Positions 1 to 13,168 of a stretch of DNA of 64,000 nucleotides are shown here, one piece after another; the stretch's first letter is position 1, and each line of letters opens with the position of its first letter. Location: assembly GCF_058153355.1 (NCBI RefSeq), contig NZ_CM177019.1; one strand, written 5' to 3'. The translations under genes and the position numbers were made by a program. The notes under the pieces are model-generated. The model saw only the letters and a list, made by a program, of their open reading frames with translations, had not been told where the DNA came from and did no database searches.

Positions 1-1425
1 TTTACCGTCTTTCACCACAATGGTTGGTGACATCGATGACAGCGGACGTTTATTCGGCCCGACAGCGTTAGCATCACCACCCACCAGCCCGTAAACGTTC
101 GGTACGCCCGGTTTGGCGGAGAAATCATCCATCTGGTTATTGAGCAAAATACCGCTCTCGCCCGCGACAATGCCCGTACCGAAGGTGGTGTTCAGCGTAT
201 AGGTCACCGCCACGGCGTTACCGTCTTTATCCACCACTGAGTAATGGGTAGTTTGATTACTCTCATAAGGCGCAAGCTTGCCAGGACGAATTTCGCTGGA
301 TGGCTTCGCTTTATTGATATCGATTTGATCGGCAATAGATTTGGCATAGGCTTTATTGGTCAGCGCCTGCCACGGTACTTTGACAAAATCCGGGTCGCCA
401 AGATATTCCGAGCGATCGGCGTAGGCATGTTTCTCCGCTTCTGCCATGATTTGCATCGCGTCGGCGCTGCCAAAGCCGTATTTCTGCATATCGAAGTTTT
501 CCAGAATATTGAGGATCTGCACGATATGAATCCCGCCGGAAGATGGCGGTGGCATGGAGTAAACCTGATACCCGCGATAATCGCCACTTATTGGTGTACG
601 TTCGACCGCTTTATACGCCGCTAAATCTTCTTTAGTGATCAAGCCACCGTTTTTCTGCATCTCCTGGGCGATCTGTTCCGCTATCGTGCCTTTGTAGAAT
701 TCATCCGGGCCGTTTTCGGCAATCATCTCCAGGCTCTTTGCCAGATTCGTCTGTACCAGCTTGTCGCCCTTTTTCAGCGGTTCGCCCTCTTTCCAGAAGA
801 TAGCTTTGCTGTTTTCGTGATTTGGTAGCACTTCACTGCCGTAGGTTTTGAGATCGTCTGCCAGCGCATCGTTAACGATAAAACCATCGCGTGCCAGTTT
901 AAACGCAGGCTGCACAACTTTGTTCAGCGGCATGGTGCCGTATTTCTCCAGCGCCAACGAGAAGCCCGCTACCGTACCGGGTGTGCCAGAAGCAAGATGC
1001 GAAGTGAGAGATTTTTTGCTGTCCGGGTTGCCCTGATCATCAAGGAACATATCGCGGGTCGCTTTGGCGGGTGCCATTTCGCGGAAATCGATAGCGGTGG
1101 TATTGCCATCTTTAGTGCGGATCAGCATAAAACCGCCGCCGCCCAGATTCCCTGCCTGCGGATGCGTTACCGCCAGCGCGTAGCCCACTGCCACGGCAGC
1201 ATCAACGGCATTCCCGCCCTGCTTAAGGATATCTACCCCCACCTGAGTGGCAGTGGCGTCCACAGATGCTACCATCCCCTGCTTCGCGCGTACCGGATGG
1301 AAGACATCCTCCTCCACGCCATACGAGACTGGCGGCGGCGCAGGTGGCGCGGCGACAGCACTAAAACAACTTCCTGTGAGCAGAGCAGCAATAGCCACCC
1401 GGCGTAAAAACGTCGGTTTTATCAT
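1..1425 (-). CDS. ggt: gamma-glutamyltranspeptidase, N-terminal part (gene runs off window start)
   Basis: Minus-strand frame open from window edge to ATG at 1423-1425; N-terminus MIKPTFLRRVAIAALLSGSCFSA is a signal peptide matching Ggt. Confidence 0.85.
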   Translation of the reverse strand, partial: MIKPTFLRRVAIAALLTGSCFSAVAAPPAPPPVSYGVEEDVFHPVRAKQGMVASVDATATQVGVDILKQGGNAVDAAVAVGYALAVTHPQAGNLGGGGFMLIRTKDGNTTAIDFREMAPAKATRDMFLDDQGNPDSKKSLTSHLASGTPGTVAGFSLALEKYGTMPLNKVVQPAFKLARDGFIVNDALADDLKTYGSEVLPNHENSKAIFWKEGEPLKKGDKLVQTNLAKSLEMIAENGPDEFYKGTIAEQIAQEMQKNGGLITKEDLAAYKAVERTPISGDYRGYQVYSMPPPSSGGIHIVQILNILENFDMQKYGFGSADAMQIMAEAEKHAYADRSEYLGDPDFVKVPWQALTNKAYAKSIADQIDINKAKPSSEIRPGKLAPYESNQTTHYSVVDKDGNAVAVTYTLNTTFGTGIVAGESGILLNNQMDDFSAKPGVPNVYGLVGGDANAVGPNKRPLSSMSPTIVVKDGK

Positions 1426-1544
1426 CGTTATACTCCAGAGATTAAGGGGCAACCCCAGCTAAGCCTGGTATATAACTCTGAATTAATCCTGATGATTGCA
1501 GGAAAGGAGTAAACTTAAAGAATATCTTCAGAGGAGGATACGCG

Positions 1545-1985
1545 ATGAAACGACTTCTGCTTTTGACGGCACTCCTGCCTTTTGTCGGCTTTGCACAGCC
1601 CATTAATACTCTGAACAACCCTAACCAGCCGGGGTATCAGATCCCCAGCCAGCAGCGAATGCAAACTCAAATGCAAACGCAGCAAATCCAGCAAAAAGGG
1701 ATGCTGAATCAGCAACTGAAAACTCAGACGCAATTACAACAGCAGCATTTAGAAAATCAGCTTAATAGCAACTCGCAGCGGGTATTGCAGTCACAGCCGG
1801 GGGAGCTAAATCCCGCCCGGCAGCAAATGCTGCCCAACACCAACGGCGGGATGTTAAACAGCAACCGTAATCCGGATAGTTCGTTGAATCAGCAGCATAT
1901 GTTGCCGGAGAGGAGAAACGGCGACATGCTGAATCAGCCCAGCACGCCGCAGCCTGATATTCCGTTGAAAACTATTGGGCCGTAA
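1545..1985 (+). CDS. yhhA: Q-rich secreted protein YhhA (DUF2756)
   Basis: 146-aa ORF with signal peptide [17 protein letters not shown] and Gln-rich body; RBS GGAGGA upstream; position between ggt and ugpQ. Confidence 0.8.
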   Translation: MKRLLLLTALLPFVGFAQPINTLNNPNQPGYQIPSQQRMQTQMQTQQIQQKGMLNQQLKTQTQLQQQHLENQLNSNSQRVLQSQPGELNPARQQMLPNTNGGMLNSNRNPDSSLNQQHMLPERRNGDMLNQPSTPQPDIPLKTIGP

Positions 1986-2715
1986 AGTTCGGGCCAATAA
2001 CATCAATCGCATCGGTACAGATGCAATCCACGCCCCAGCGCAGCAACTCTGCCGCGCGCTGGGGTTTGTTGACGGTATAAACCAGAATCCGTAATCCAGC
2101 GTCTTTCAACTGCATCACTCGCGCTTTATCGAGCAACTTATGATTGAGATGAATAGAGACGCAGCCCAGCCGCGTGGTCAGTTCGCGCCAGTCGTCGCGC
2201 CACTCATCCAGCAACAAACCGCGCGGCAGTTCCGGTGCAGCCTGGTGCGCGGCTTCTAAAGCATCAATCTCAAACGATGACAGCAGCGGCGGCGTCATAC
2301 CAGCCCACAGTTCGCTCGCCGCCAGCGATACCATTTTACCCGTTAATGGACCAGTGCCAGTGGTGGGTTTGATTTCAATATTTGCCATCATCCCATGTTC
2401 ACGGCAGCGTTCCGCCACCTGCGAAAGCAACGGCAGCGGCTCACCTTTAAACGCTTTGCTGTACCAACTGCCCGCATCCACGCGCAGTAAATCCTGCCAG
2501 TTCAGTTCGCCCGCGACGCCCCAGCCGTTGCTGGTGCGTTCGAGATTATCGTCATGCAGCAGGAAGATCTCACCATCTTTCGATAACTTCGCATCAAATT
2601 CGATCATCTTATGACCGTATTTTGCCCCAACGTCGATTGCCGCCAGGGTGTTTTCCGGGGCCAGCTTACCGCCGCCACGGTGGGCGACAATGCGGGGATA
2701 AGGCCAGTTACTCAT
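1972..2715 (-). CDS. ugpQ: cytoplasmic glycerophosphodiester phosphodiesterase
   Basis: 247-aa ORF; GP-PDE motif HRGG near N-terminus ([14 protein letters not shown]); last gene of ugp operon. Confidence 0.9.
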   Translation of the reverse strand: MSNWPYPRIVAHRGGGKLAPENTLAAIDVGAKYGHKMIEFDAKLSKDGEIFLLHDDNLERTSNGWGVAGELNWQDLLRVDAGSWYSKAFKGEPLPLLSQVAERCREHGMMANIEIKPTTGTGPLTGKMVSLAASELWAGMTPPLLSSFEIDALEAAHQAAPELPRGLLLDEWRDDWRELTTRLGCVSIHLNHKLLDKARVMQLKDAGLRILVYTVNKPQRAAELLRWGVDCICTDAIDVIGPNFTAQ

Positions 2716-3782
2716 ACTCGTTGTCCTGTTTCACCATCAAAAAGATGCAGCTGATTTTCCGGCAGATGCAGCCACAGCGTGCTGCCTGTCGTCGGGCGCT
2801 CCTGATGCGCCAGTCGCACCACCAGCTTCTGTTCGCCCCAGCGTCCGTGCGCCAGGTTATCTGCGCCGAGGATCTCCAGCGTGTCCATCACCAGCGGTAT
2901 GCCGCCTTCTGCCTGCGAGCTTAACGCAATATGTTCCGGGCGAATGCCAAGAGTCATTTTACGCCCGGCATACTGACGGTAGCCACCGTTTAGCGGTAGC
3001 GCGATACCGCCATCCAGTTCGAAATGCGTGCCTTCGTTATTCACGCGGCCTGTCAGCAGGTTCATCGCCGGACTGCCGATAAAACTCGCCACAAACAGAG
3101 TGGCGGGCTTTTCGTAGACTTCAACTGGCGTGCCAATCTGTTCGGCAACGCCGCCGTTCATCACCATTACCCGCTGAGCGAGCGTCATCGCCTCAACCTG
3201 ATCGTGAGTAACGTAGAGTGAAGTCGTTTTCAGGCGACGGTGCAGTTGTTGCAGCTCAAGGCGCATCTGAACACGCAGCTTGGCATCGAGGTTAGAGAGC
3301 GGCTCATCAAACAGGAACACCGCCGGATCGCGCACAATCGCACGGCCCATCGCTACACGCTGACGCTGACCGCCAGAAAGCTCACGCGGACGACGCTTGA
3401 GCAGGCCATCCAGCTCCAGAATACGCGCCGCTTCTTTAACACGTTCGGCAATTTGTTGCTTGCCCATGCCGCGAATTTTCAGCCCCCACGCCATGTTTTC
3501 TTCGACACTCATATGCGGATAAAGAGCGTAGTTCTGGAACACCATCGCAATCCCGCGATCTTTCGGCTCCATTTCGGTCACGCGTTGGTCGTTAATCCAG
3601 ATATCGCCTTCGGTGACCCGCTCCAGCCCGGCAACCATGCGCAGCAGCGTGGATTTCCCGCAGCCAGACGGCCCGACCATCACGATAAATTCGCCATCCG
3701 CCACATCAAGGGTCAGCGGTTTAATGACCTGGGTTTTGCCATCCCAGCTTTTGGTTACTGCCTGTAATTTCAGTCCTGCCAT
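2712..3782 (-). CDS. ugpC: sn-glycerol-3-phosphate ABC transporter ATP-binding protein
   Basis: Walker [10 protein letters not shown], signature [14 protein letters not shown]; start set at MAGLKLQ (ATG 3780-3782), 356 aa, overlapping ugpE stop. Confidence 0.9.
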   Translation of the reverse strand: MAGLKLQAVTKSWDGKTQVIKPLTLDVADGEFIVMVGPSGCGKSTLLRMVAGLERVTEGDIWINDQRVTEMEPKDRGIAMVFQNYALYPHMSVEENMAWGLKIRGMGKQQIAERVKEAARILELDGLLKRRPRELSGGQRQRVAMGRAIVRDPAVFLFDEPLSNLDAKLRVQMRLELQQLHRRLKTTSLYVTHDQVEAMTLAQRVMVMNGGVAEQIGTPVEVYEKPATLFVASFIGSPAMNLLTGRVNNEGTHFELDGGIALPLNGGYRQYAGRKMTLGIRPEHIALSSQAEGGIPLVMDTLEILGADNLAHGRWGEQKLVVRLAHQERPTTGSTLWLHLPENQLHLFDGETGQRV

Positions 3783-3783
3783 C

Positions 3784-4629
3784 TTATTTCTCACTATCGA
3801 CCAGGCCGCGCACGAAGGCACGCTGCATCACTAAAACAATCACCACCGGAGGGATAAGCGTTAACAACATCGCCGCCATCACCGAATTCCATTCCGTGGT
3901 GCCTTCGCCTGTAGCGATCATCCCTTTGATTCCTGCCACGGTGGTGCCGAGATCAACATCGGTAATAATCAACAACGGCCACAAATACTGGTTCCAGCCG
4001 TAAATAAAAGTGATCACAAACAGCGCCGCCAGATTAGTTTTCGACAGCGGAAAAACGATGTCGCAAAAGAAACGCATTGGTGACGCACCGTCGATCCGCG
4101 CCGCTTCCACCAGCTCATCCGGCAGCGTCATAAAGAACTGGCGGAACAAGAAAGTAGCGGTCGCAGAGGCCATCAGCGGCAGCGTTAAACCAGCGTAGCT
4201 GTCAAGCATTTTCAGGTTGGCGATGACTTCTACTGTCGGGAAGATACGCACTTCAACCGGCAGCATCAGGGTGATAAAAATCATCCAAAAGAAGAGGTTA
4301 CGCAGCGGAAAACGAAACCAGACAATGGCAAATGCCGAGAGCATCGAGACGGTAATTTTGCCGAGCGTAATGCTGAACGCCATCACGAAGCTGTTAAGCA
4401 ACATCCGCCAGAACGGCGCGCTATTTGTGCCTACCCCGTTCACCCAGATGTTGTGGATGTTTTCCAACAGATGCGTGCCGGGGATGAGCGTCATCGGCGC
4501 GGCGTAGACAGCCTGTTTATCCAGCGTCGCCGCGACAAACGCCACGTACAACGGGAAGAGGATCACCGCGATCCCGAGGATCAGCATGGTATGGCTGAAT
4601 ATTGTCAGCCACGGACGGTTCTCAATCAT
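3784..4629 (-). CDS. ugpE: sn-glycerol-3-phosphate ABC transporter permease
   Basis: 281-aa polytopic membrane ORF; translationally coupled within ugp operon. Confidence 0.9.
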
Positions 4630-5513
4630 TGGTAACGCACCTTGCTTTCAACATAGCGGAACTGCACCACCGTCAGCACGATGACGAGGAACATCAACAC
4701 CACCGACTGCGCGGCAGACGAAGCCAAATCCAGCCCGGTAAAACCTTCGCGGTAGATCTTATAAATTAGCGTCGTGGTAGCCTGTACTGGTCCGCCGGAC
4801 GTGGCGGCGTCAATCACCGGGAAGGTATCGAAGAAGGCGTACACCAGGTTCACCACCAGCAGGAAGAAACTCACCGGCGCAATCAGCGGCAGCGCAATCT
4901 TAAAGAAGCGGCGAATCGGGCCAGCCCCATCAATGGCTGCGGCTTCAATCAACGAACGGGGAATGGATTGCAGCGCGGCATAGAAGAACAGAAAGTTGTA
5001 GCTGATTTGCTTCCATACTGAGGCAAACACCACCAGGAACATTGCCTGACCGCTGTTTTGCGCATGGTTCCAGTCGTAGCCGAACTCAGCGAGAAAATGA
5101 GTGATCAGCCCGCGACCAGGGTTAAACAGGAAGATCCACAATACGGCGGCAACGGCGGGAGCCACGGCATACGGCAGCAGCATTAAGGTTTGATAGAAAC
5201 GGCTGCCGCGCACGATGTACTCCACCAGCGCCGCGAAGAACAGCGACACCAGCAAACCGCTGACGGTGACAAAGGTGCTGAATTTTATCGTCGTCCAGAA
5301 GGAGTCGAGATAGTAGCTGTCATGAAACAGCGTGACGAAGTTATCCAGGCCGACAAACTGGCTGGAAAAGCCAAACGGATCGACGCTTTGTAGCGAGTAC
5401 CACAACGCTTCGCCCGCAGGCCAGATAAAAAAGATAACGGTGATGATAAGCTGCGGCGCGACCAGCAAATAAGGCAGCCAGCGCGAGCGGAACACCGGAC
5501 GGGATGATGACAT
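4626..5513 (-). CDS. ugpA: sn-glycerol-3-phosphate ABC transporter permease
   Basis: 295-aa membrane ORF overlapping ugpE start by 4 nt. Confidence 0.9.
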
Positions 5514-5610
5514 TACGGTTAATTCCTGAACTGTGCCGGATGCGCTTCGCTTATCCGGCCTACACGCGATGCCAGGTCAGATAAGCGAAACGCATCCGAC
5601 ATTTCACTGG

Positions 5611-6927
5611 TTAAGACTTCGTAGATTTCTCAAAGCGGCGCAGTAACTGGTTCCCACGCTCAACAGCGGTATCCAGCGCCTGCTGTGGCGTCTTCTTACC
5701 AGTCCACACGCTTTCCAGCTCTTCATCCACAATCACGCGGATCTGCGGCATATTGCCCAGACGCAGCCCTTTGGTGAACGGCAACGGCGGCTTGTTCAGC
5801 ATCTGACGCGTCGCGGTATCCGCCCCTGGGTTTTTCTCGTAAAAGCCCTGCTCACGGGTCAGGTTATACGCCGCTTTGGTGATTGGCAGATAACCGGTTT
5901 TCTGATGCCACTCGGCAGCATTTTCTGGCTTCGCGAGGAAGTCGAGGAACTTCGCCACGCCGGTGTAAGTTTCTTTATCTTTGCCCTGCATCACCCACAG
6001 GCTGGCCCCGCCGATAATGGCGTTTTGTGGCGCATCTTTCGCATCGGCGTCGTACGGCATCATGCCTACACCGTAGTTGAATTTGGCATACTCGCGAATG
6101 TTGGCAAGAGAACCGGAAGAAGCGGTCGTCATCGCGCAATCACCGTTATAGAACTTCTCGGTGGATTCATCCTTACGCCCGACGTAACTGAAATCGCCCT
6201 TCTTGTTCATCTCTTCGAGCATGGCGATGTGTTTCACCTGCTCCGGCTTGTTGAACTCAAGCACCGCGTCCGTGCCGTCAAAGCCGTTGTTTTTGCTGGC
6301 AAACGGCAGACCGTTCCAGGCGCTAAAGTTTTCCAGTTGGATCCAGCCCTGCCAGCCGCTGGCGTAGCCGCACTTCATACCAGAGGCTTTCAGTTTCGCG
6401 GAATAGTCCGCCAGATCCTGCCAGGTTTTCGGCGGCTGTTCCGGGTCTAACCCCGCTTTCTTGAAGGCGTCTTTGTTGTAATAGAGAACGGGAGTCGAGC
6501 TGTTGAACGGCTGGGAGAGTAAGTGGCCGGTTTTGCTGTCGGAGTAGTAACCTGAAACCGTCGGCACAAACTGCGACTCATCGAATTGAATCCCCGCCTC
6601 TTTAAACACGTCATATACCGGTTTAATGGCTTTCGACGCCATCATGGTGGCGGTGCCAACTTCATAAACCTGCAAAATAGCCGGAGCGTTGCCGGTACGA
6701 AATGCGGCAATCCCCGCGCTTAAATTCTGTTCGTAGTTGCCTTTATAGATCGGTACAATTTTGTAATCCGGGTTTTCGGCGTTAAAACGTTGAGCCAGAG
6801 AATCCACCTCTTTACCCAGTTCCCCTTCCATAGAATGCCAGAACGGAATGGTCGTCACTGCCTGTGCATTCCCCATTAACGCCAGTCCGAGCGCCAGTGC
6901 TGAAGCTGTATAATGTAACGGTTTCAT
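5611..6927 (-). CDS. ugpB: periplasmic sn-glycerol-3-phosphate binding protein
   Basis: 438-aa ORF with signal peptide [23 protein letters not shown]; first gene of ugp operon. Confidence 0.9.
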   Translation of the reverse strand: MKPLHYTASALALGLALMGNAQAVTTIPFWHSMEGELGKEVDSLAQRFNAENPDYKIVPIYKGNYEQNLSAGIAAFRTGNAPAILQVYEVGTATMMASKAIKPVYDVFKEAGIQFDESQFVPTVSGYYSDSKTGHLLSQPFNSSTPVLYYNKDAFKKAGLDPEQPPKTWQDLADYSAKLKASGMKCGYASGWQGWIQLENFSAWNGLPFASKNNGFDGTDAVLEFNKPEQVKHIAMLEEMNKKGDFSYVGRKDESTEKFYNGDCAMTTASSGSLANIREYAKFNYGVGMMPYDADAKDAPQNAIIGGASLWVMQGKDKETYTGVAKFLDFLAKPENAAEWHQKTGYLPITKAAYNLTREQGFYEKNPGADTATRQMLNKPPLPFTKGLRLGNMPQIRVIVDEELESVWTGKKTPQQALDTAVERGNQLLRRFEKSTKS

Positions 6928-7045
6928 CGTTTATCTCTCTTGTTGTACCGAATGCGCGAATTCACGCGTTTTATGCTCGCGGGGTAACATGACATGCTCG
7001 AATTACAGAAAAATAACTTTTTTGTTACATTTTTAAGATAGTAAG

Positions 7046-7065
7046 GTGTCAGAAAGATGACAAGG
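7046..7065 (-). promoter_or_regulatory. candidate Pho box in ugpB promoter
   Basis: Minus-strand CCTTGTCATCTTTCTGACAC resembles PhoB direct-repeat consensus CTGTCAT-N4-CTGTCA, about 120 bp upstream of ugpB. Confidence 0.45.
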
Positions 7066-7164
7066 CAGTGACGGCATGGGGGAGGGAAAATGGGAGATGG
7101 GGCACGGATAAGCGGGAAAAATAGAAGGTCTGAATCAAACTCTACAGATTGCTCATCGTTTCAT

Positions 7165-7263
<99 letters not shown>

Positions 7264-7324
7264 AATTTTACATTTGTAACCTGTCTCAAAGGAGTCTTTT
7301 GACTCCTTATCAATCAACGTGTTA

Positions 7325-8038
7325 TTACCCGCCTAAATACGCACTTCTCACCGCTTCATTCGCCAGTAGCGCGTCGCCGGTATCGGAAAGCACGACATGA
7401 CCGTTTTCCAGCACGTAGCCGCGATCAGCGAGCTTCAGCGCCTGGTTGGCGTTCTGCTCGACGAGGAAGATGGTCATCCCCTGCTCGCGCAGCTGCTCGA
7501 TGGTGTCGAAAATTTGCTGGATGATAATCGGCGCAAGACCGAGCGATGGCTCATCAAGCAACAATAAACGCGGGTTGCTCATCAGCGCGCGACCAATCGC
7601 CAGCATCTGCTGCTCACCGCCGGACATGGTGCCCGCCCGCTGAACACGGCGCTCATGCAGACGTGGAAACAGTTCATACACCCACTTTATGCGTTCCTGG
7701 AACTGGTCACGTTCAGCAAAAAAACCGCCCATCGCCAGGTTCTCTTCCACCGTCATCCGCGAGAAGACGCGGCGTCCTTCCGGGACAATCGCTACCGCTT
7801 CGCGCATGATTTTCGCCGTCTGCCAGTCGGTAATGTCTTTATCATCAAACACAATTCGCCCGCTGGTGGCGCGCGGGTCGCCACATAACGTGCCGAGCAA
7901 GGTCGTTTTACCCGCCCCGTTCGCGCCAATGAGGGTGACAATCTCGCCCTGATTGATATGCAGGCTCACCTCATGCAGCGCCTGGATTTTGCCGTAGTGG
8001 GCGCTGACTTTGTCAAAGGACAACATGACTTTTTCCAT
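7325..8038 (-). CDS. livF: branched-chain amino acid ABC transporter ATPase
   Basis: Walker A GANGAGKTT; start set at MEKVMLSF (ATG 8036-8038), 237 aa. Confidence 0.9.
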   Translation of the reverse strand: MEKVMLSFDKVSAHYGKIQALHEVSLHINQGEIVTLIGANGAGKTTLLGTLCGDPRATSGRIVFDDKDITDWQTAKIMREAVAIVPEGRRVFSRMTVEENLAMGGFFAERDQFQERIKWVYELFPRLHERRVQRAGTMSGGEQQMLAIGRALMSNPRLLLLDEPSLGLAPIIIQQIFDTIEQLREQGMTIFLVEQNANQALKLADRGYVLENGHVVLSDTGDALLANEAVRSAYLGG

Positions 8039-8039
8039 C

Positions 8040-8807
8040 TTATGCCTCACCTAAATAGGCACGGATCACGTCCGGGTTATTACGGATTTGCTCCGGCGTA
8101 CCGTTTGCCAGTGGCGTCCCCTGATTGACCACGTAAATTCTGTCTGAAATCCCCATCACCAGCTTCATATCGTGTTCAATCAACAAGATAGTGGTGTTGT
8201 GATGGTTACGCAGTTCGGCAATCAGCTCATCCAGCTCTTTGGTTTCTTTCGGGTTAAGACCTGCCGCTGGTTCGTCGAGCATTAAAATCTCCGGCTGCGT
8301 TACCATGCAGCGGGCGATCTCCAGACGGCGCTGGTCACCGTAGGCCAGGTTACTCGCCTGACGGTTAGCGTGTTCGAGCAAACCAATGCGCTCAAGCCAG
8401 GTTGCGGCACGGTCGAGCGCTTCACTTTGGGCGCGACGGAAGGATGGCGTTTTCAACAGGCCAGAGAACAGCCCGGTTTTCAGTTGCTGATGCTGCGCCA
8501 CCAGCAGGTTTTCAATCACCGTCATTTCACGGAACAGACGCACATGCTGGAAGGTGCGCACCACGCCCATGCGGGCGATTTGCTGCCCCGGTAAACCTTC
8601 CAGATGCTGATCGCGCAGTAAAATGGTGCCGCCGGTGGGTTTATAGAATCCGGTCAGGCAGTTAAAAACCGTGGTTTTTCCGGCACCGTTAGGGCCGATT
8701 AACGAGACGATCTCCTGCGGGTACAGTTCAAGATTGACGTTATTCACCGCCAGCAGGCCGCCGAAGCGCATCATCAGACCGTTAACAGATAATAATGGCT
8801 GACTCAT
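8040..8807 (-). CDS. livG: branched-chain amino acid ABC transporter ATPase
   Basis: 255-aa ORF, Walker [23 protein letters not shown] signature. Confidence 0.9.
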   Translation of the reverse strand: MSQPLLSVNGLMMRFGGLLAVNNVNLELYPQEIVSLIGPNGAGKTTVFNCLTGFYKPTGGTILLRDQHLEGLPGQQIARMGVVRTFQHVRLFREMTVIENLLVAQHQQLKTGLFSGLLKTPSFRRAQSEALDRAATWLERIGLLEHANRQASNLAYGDQRRLEIARCMVTQPEILMLDEPAAGLNPKETKELDELIAELRNHHNTTILLIEHDMKLVMGISDRIYVVNQGTPLANGTPEQIRNNPDVIRAYLGEA

Positions 8808-10081
8808 GCCTGCTCTCCTTTCGCTGCGCCGTTTTTCAGCTTGAGTTGCGGGCGCGTCATGGGCAGCAAGCCCTGCGGACGCCAGATCATCATCAGCACC
8901 ATCAAACCACCGAGCATTAACATGCTGTATTCGTTGAAATCACGCATCAACTCGCGCGACACCACCAGCAAAATTGCCGCCAGAATCACCGCAAATTGCG
9001 AGCCCATACCACCGAGCACCACTATCGCCAGCACAAACGCCGATTCGGCAAAGGTGAAAGATTCCGGGCTGACAAAGCCCTGACGCGCAGCAAACAGCGT
9101 TCCGGCAAAACCCGCAAACGCGGCACTGATGGTAAAAGCGGTCAGCTTGATACGACGCGGACTTAAGCCCAGCGAACGACAGGCGATTTCATCTTCACGC
9201 AACGCTTCCCACGCGCGGCCCAGCGGCATTCGCAGTAAGCGGTTAATGACAAACAGGCTTAACACCACCAACAGTAACGCCACCAGGTAGAGGAAGATGA
9301 CGCGATCGGACGGGTCGTATTTCAGGCCAAAGAAATTGCTGAACGTATCCCAGCCGCCTTCGCGGGCGGTGCGACTGAACTCGAGTCCGAAGAGTGTCGG
9401 TTTCGGGATCTGACTGATTCCGTTCGGACCGCCGGTGATTTCCGTGTTATTGAGCAGCAATATGCGCACAATCTCGCCGAAACCGAGGGTAACGATCGCC
9501 AGATAGTCGCCACGTAAGCGCAACACCGGGAAGCCGAGCAGGAAGCCCGCCGCCGCCGCCATCAACCCGGCAATCGGCAAACAGGTCCAGAAGCCAAGAC
9601 CGTAATAGTGATTGAGCAAGGCAAAGGTGTAAGCGCCGATGGCGTAAAAACCACCGTAACCCAGTACCAGTAAGCCAGACAGCCCCACCACCACGTTCAG
9701 CCCGAGGCCGAGGATAATGTAGATCATGGTCAGGGTGGCGATATCCACCGTCCCGCGCGACACCATAAACGGCCACGCCACCGCAAGCACCAACAGTGCG
9801 ACGAGGAACAGCTTTTGCTTCACCGTGGAGCCATCAATCGCGGGCAGAATAAACTTCGGCCCGGAAACGCTTTTCAATCCTTTCTGAAATGCAGGTCGCA
9901 CAAGCTGGAAGAAAAAGACCACCGCAGTGCCAATAAACACCCACTGCCATCGGATGTCTGAAGCCGTATCGACCACCAGTTTGGTGCCGTCCAGCTCCAG
10001 TTGCACACCCATAAAGACGCCCGCGAGAACAAAGAACATGGCGGCAGAGAGCAGCGCCATTGCAATATGCATCGGTTTCAT
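8804..10081 (-). CDS. livM: branched-chain amino acid ABC transporter permease
   Basis: 425-aa polytopic membrane ORF, overlaps livG start. Confidence 0.9.
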   Translation of the reverse strand: MKPMHIAMALLSAAMFFVLAGVFMGVQLELDGTKLVVDTASDIRWQWVFIGTAVVFFFQLVRPAFQKGLKSVSGPKFILPAIDGSTVKQKLFLVALLVLAVAWPFMVSRGTVDIATLTMIYIILGLGLNVVVGLSGLLVLGYGGFYAIGAYTFALLNHYYGLGFWTCLPIAGLMAAAAGFLLGFPVLRLRGDYLAIVTLGFGEIVRILLLNNTEITGGPNGISQIPKPTLFGLEFSRTAREGGWDTFSNFFGLKYDPSDRVIFLYLVALLLVVLSLFVINRLLRMPLGRAWEALREDEIACRSLGLSPRRIKLTAFTISAAFAGFAGTLFAARQGFVSPESFTFAESAFVLAIVVLGGMGSQFAVILAAILLVVSRELMRDFNEYSMLMLGGLMVLMMIWRPQGLLPMTRPQLKLKNGAAKGEQA

Positions 10082-11004
10082 ACTTTCTCTACCTCCGGGC
10101 GACCCAGAATACCGGTCGGCATCACCAGCAGTACCAGAATCAGCAGGGCAAATGAAACCACATCCTTATATTCCGTACTCAGATAGGCAGAAGAGAGCGC
10201 TTCCGCAATCCCCAGGATCAGGCCACCAATCATTGCCCCCGGAATACTGCCAATCCCACCGAGCACCGCAGCGGTAAAGGCTTTCATCCCGGCCATAAAG
10301 CCGATGTAGGGGTTAATTACGCCATAGAACTGACCGAGCAGCACACCGGCCACCGCCGCCATCGCCGCGCCAATCACAAAGGTCAGCGCAATCACCCGGT
10401 CAGTGTTGATGCCAAGCAGGCTCGCCATTTTCAGATCTTCCGCGCAAGCACGACAGGCGCGCCCCATGCGGGAATAGCGGATGAAAATTGTCAGCGCCAA
10501 CATGGCGAGGAAGGTAACAATCCAGATCACCGCCTGCATGGTGGTAATAGAGGCAGAGAAGTTTTCACTATGGCCCACAACCCACTGACCGTTAAACAGG
10601 CTGGGTAGCGCCACGTCGCGCGAACCTTCGGTCAGGCTGACGTAGTTTTGCAGGAAGATGGACATGCCGATTGCCGAGATGAGCGCAATCAGGCGCTTAG
10701 AGTTACGCACCGGGCGGTAAGCCACACGTTCGATACTCCAGCCATAGGCGCTGGCAATGACGATTGCGCCGACGAATCCCGCCGCCACCAGCAGCCAGCC
10801 GGTATCAATGCCCAGCATCATCAGTGCGGCGATGATCATAAAAGAGACGTAGCTGCCGATCATATAAACCTCGCCGTGGGCGAAGTTGATCATGCCGATA
10901 ATGCCGTAAACCATGGTGTAGCCGATGGCTATCAGCGCGTAGGTACTGCCCAGCGTGACGCCGTTAAACATCTGCTGCAAGAAATACAAAAACTGCTCAG
11001 ACAT
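10078..11004 (-). CDS. livH: branched-chain amino acid ABC transporter permease
   Basis: 308-aa membrane ORF, overlaps livM start. Confidence 0.9.
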   Translation of the reverse strand: MSEQFLYFLQQMFNGVTLGSTYALIAIGYTMVYGIIGMINFAHGEVYMIGSYVSFMIIAALMMLGIDTGWLLVAAGFVGAIVIASAYGWSIERVAYRPVRNSKRLIALISAIGMSIFLQNYVSLTEGSRDVALPSLFNGQWVVGHSENFSASITTMQAVIWIVTFLAMLALTIFIRYSRMGRACRACAEDLKMASLLGINTDRVIALTFVIGAAMAAVAGVLLGQFYGVINPYIGFMAGMKAFTAAVLGGIGSIPGAMIGGLILGIAEALSSAYLSTEYKDVVSFALLILVLLVMPTGILGRPEVEKV

Positions 11005-11051
11005 AAGGTAACCTTTCTAAAACCGCCCGCATTTCACGGGCGGTGGGATGA

Positions 11052-12161
11052 TCACTTGGCTGCCGTCGATGAACCGTCGGCATGCCACTGGAAGACACCA
11101 AAATCAAATCCCTTAAGATCGCCTTTTTCATCCCAGTTCAGCGGCCCAATCACGGTGTTTGCACCGTTAGCTTTTAAATCTTTCACCAGCGCCAGCGGCT
11201 CATCGCTGCCGGTACGCTCAAGGGCAGTCGCCAGAGATTGCACCGCCGCGTAGGTGATCCAGACATATGGCCCGGACGGATCTTTCTTGTCTGCTTTCAG
11301 CGCATCAACGATGCCTTTGTTTGCCGGGTCCTGGTCATAGCGTTTTGGCATAGTGACCAACATACCTTCGGCGGCATCACCAGCAATGTTCGACAGCGAC
11401 GCATTACCCACCCCTTCCGGCCCCATAAACTGAGTTTTCAGGCCAACGGAACGGGCCTGGCGCAGCATCTGCCCCATTTCCGGGTAGTAACCGCCGTAGT
11501 AAACGAAGTCGATGTTTTCTTTTTTCAGGCGGGCGATCAGCGCGGAGAAATCTTTCTCACCAGCGGTAATGCCGTCGAAGAAGACGACGTTGGCATTGGC
11601 TGCTTTCAATCCGTCCTGCACCGAACGCGCCAGCCCTTCGCCATACTGTTGTTTGTCGTGAATGATGGCGATGCGCTGGGGCTTCACCGTCTCAAGAATG
11701 TATTTTGCCGCTGTTGGCCCCTGGGAAGAGTCCAGCCCGGCAGTACGCATGATGTGTTGATAACCGCGTTGAGTCAGCTCCGGGTTGGTCGCCCCCGGCG
11801 AGATCATCAAAATACCTTCATCTTCGTAGATATCTGATGCAGGTTGGGTAGAAGAAGAACACAGATGACCAATAACGTATTTAATGCCGTCGTTAACGAT
11901 TTTGTTGGCGACCGCAACGGCTTGTTTCGGGTCGCAGGCGTCGTCATATTCCACGCCCACCAGCTTATCGCCCTTAATTCCCCCCCTGGCATTAATGTCT
12001 TTAATCGCCTGACGCGCGCCGTTAAATTCCATATCGCCCCACTGGGCAATCGGACCGGACATCGCGCCGACAACGGCAACTTTAATATCGTCGGCCATAG
12101 CGGTGTGTGAAATTGTCAGTGCAATCATCCCTGCGATGATAGTTTTCGCATTCCGTTTCAT
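11052..12161 (-). CDS. livK: leucine-specific periplasmic binding protein
   Basis: Start set at MKRNAKTII (ATG 12159-12161), 369 aa; signal peptide; paralog of livJ. Confidence 0.9.
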   Translation of the reverse strand: MKRNAKTIIAGMIALTISHTAMADDIKVAVVGAMSGPIAQWGDMEFNGARQAIKDINARGGIKGDKLVGVEYDDACDPKQAVAVANKIVNDGIKYVIGHLCSSSTQPASDIYEDEGILMISPGATNPELTQRGYQHIMRTAGLDSSQGPTAAKYILETVKPQRIAIIHDKQQYGEGLARSVQDGLKAANANVVFFDGITAGEKDFSALIARLKKENIDFVYYGGYYPEMGQMLRQARSVGLKTQFMGPEGVGNASLSNIAGDAAEGMLVTMPKRYDQDPANKGIVDALKADKKDPSGPYVWITYAAVQSLATALERTGSDEPLALVKDLKANGANTVIGPLNWDEKGDLKGFDFGVFQWHADGSSTAAK

Positions 12162-12584
12162 AGTCAAAAATCCCCATTCGTGATGTTGTGTTGCTTTGTT
12201 TTTATGTGTTAACAAATCAGACTGTACTTTTTTTATACTGCACTGTTTTTGCCTGTCTGATTAAGGGTTTAGCGCAGTATTTTGTGATAATAGCGATTAA
12301 AATCCCTATTTTTCAGTCGATTAAGAACAGATAATATTCTGAATTTATTGATAGATAAACAGAAAAAAGCGCCGTTGTCAGCATAAAATAACGGTACAAA
12401 GGGCGGAATAATTCACTACCATTCAGGGGATTATGCTGGACATTTTTCATTCTCTAATGTTTTTAATTTGTAATTATTGCTGTTAAAAAATTAATCACCT
12501 GCCAAAAGAAATAAAAAAGAGAAAGCCTCCGATTAAATTATTTCGCTACACTGGTTCCACTTTTGTGATTTACACGGGTTCCCC

Positions 12585-12968
12585 ATGAAGCTGACCATCA
12601 TTCGATTAGAACACTTTAGCGACCAGGACCGGATTGATCTGCAAAAGATCTGGCCGGAGTACTCCCCTTCCTCTTTACAGGTTGACGATAACCACCGCAT
12701 CTACGCCGCGCGTTTTAACGAGCGCCTGCTCGCGGCCGTGCGGGTAACCTTAAACGGCACCGAGGGGGCACTGGATTCCCTGCGCGTGCGGGAAGTCACC
12801 CGCCGTCGCGGTGTGGGGCAATATCTGCTGGAAGAGGTTTTGCGTAACAATCCTGGCGTTTCAGGCTGGTGGATGGCAGATGCAGGCGTGGAAGATCGCG
12901 GCGTGATGACGGCGTTTATGCAGGCGCTGGGGTTTACGGCACAACAGGGCGGCTGGGAGAAGCGTTAA
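12585..12968 (+). CDS. panM: PanD maturation factor (GNAT-like)
   Basis: 127-aa ORF between livK and livJ, MKLTIIRLEHFSDQDRIDLQKIWPEY. Confidence 0.8.
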   Translation: MKLTIIRLEHFSDQDRIDLQKIWPEYSPSSLQVDDNHRIYAARFNERLLAAVRVTLNGTEGALDSLRVREVTRRRGVGQYLLEEVLRNNPGVSGWWMADAGVEDRGVMTAFMQALGFTAQQGGWEKR

Positions 12969-13009
12969 TCGTCAAGTTTGATTTCAAAAGTGATGACCAA
13001 CGAGAAATG

Positions 13010-13113
<104 letters not shown>

Positions 13114-13168
13114 GCATGCGTACTCGATATTAGCAATTTGGCGGCAACCCAAAGTTGCCGATTAATGA

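Noticed and set aside
997-1407. Plus-strand ORFs of 62-136 aa inside the ggt region (848-1036, 997-1407, 1247-1462)
   Set aside because: They lie antisense within the ggt coding frame, which reads continuously on the minus strand with a recognisable Ggt N-terminus; shadow ORFs.
1545-1985. Gln-rich repetitive stretch in yhhA and acidic repeats in ftsY, considered as tandem-repeat or CRISPR-like arrays
   Set aside because: Both are in-frame low-complexity coding sequence without regular repeat-spacer periodicity; no CRISPR array is present anywhere in the window.
5905-6450. Many antisense or overlapping ORFs in the track (for example 5905-6450, 11238-11837, 14709-15371, 18410-18856, 37215-37814, 57718-58518)
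   Set aside because: Each is embedded opposite a well-supported conserved gene with clear motifs; typical spurious antisense frames in GC-balanced coding DNA.
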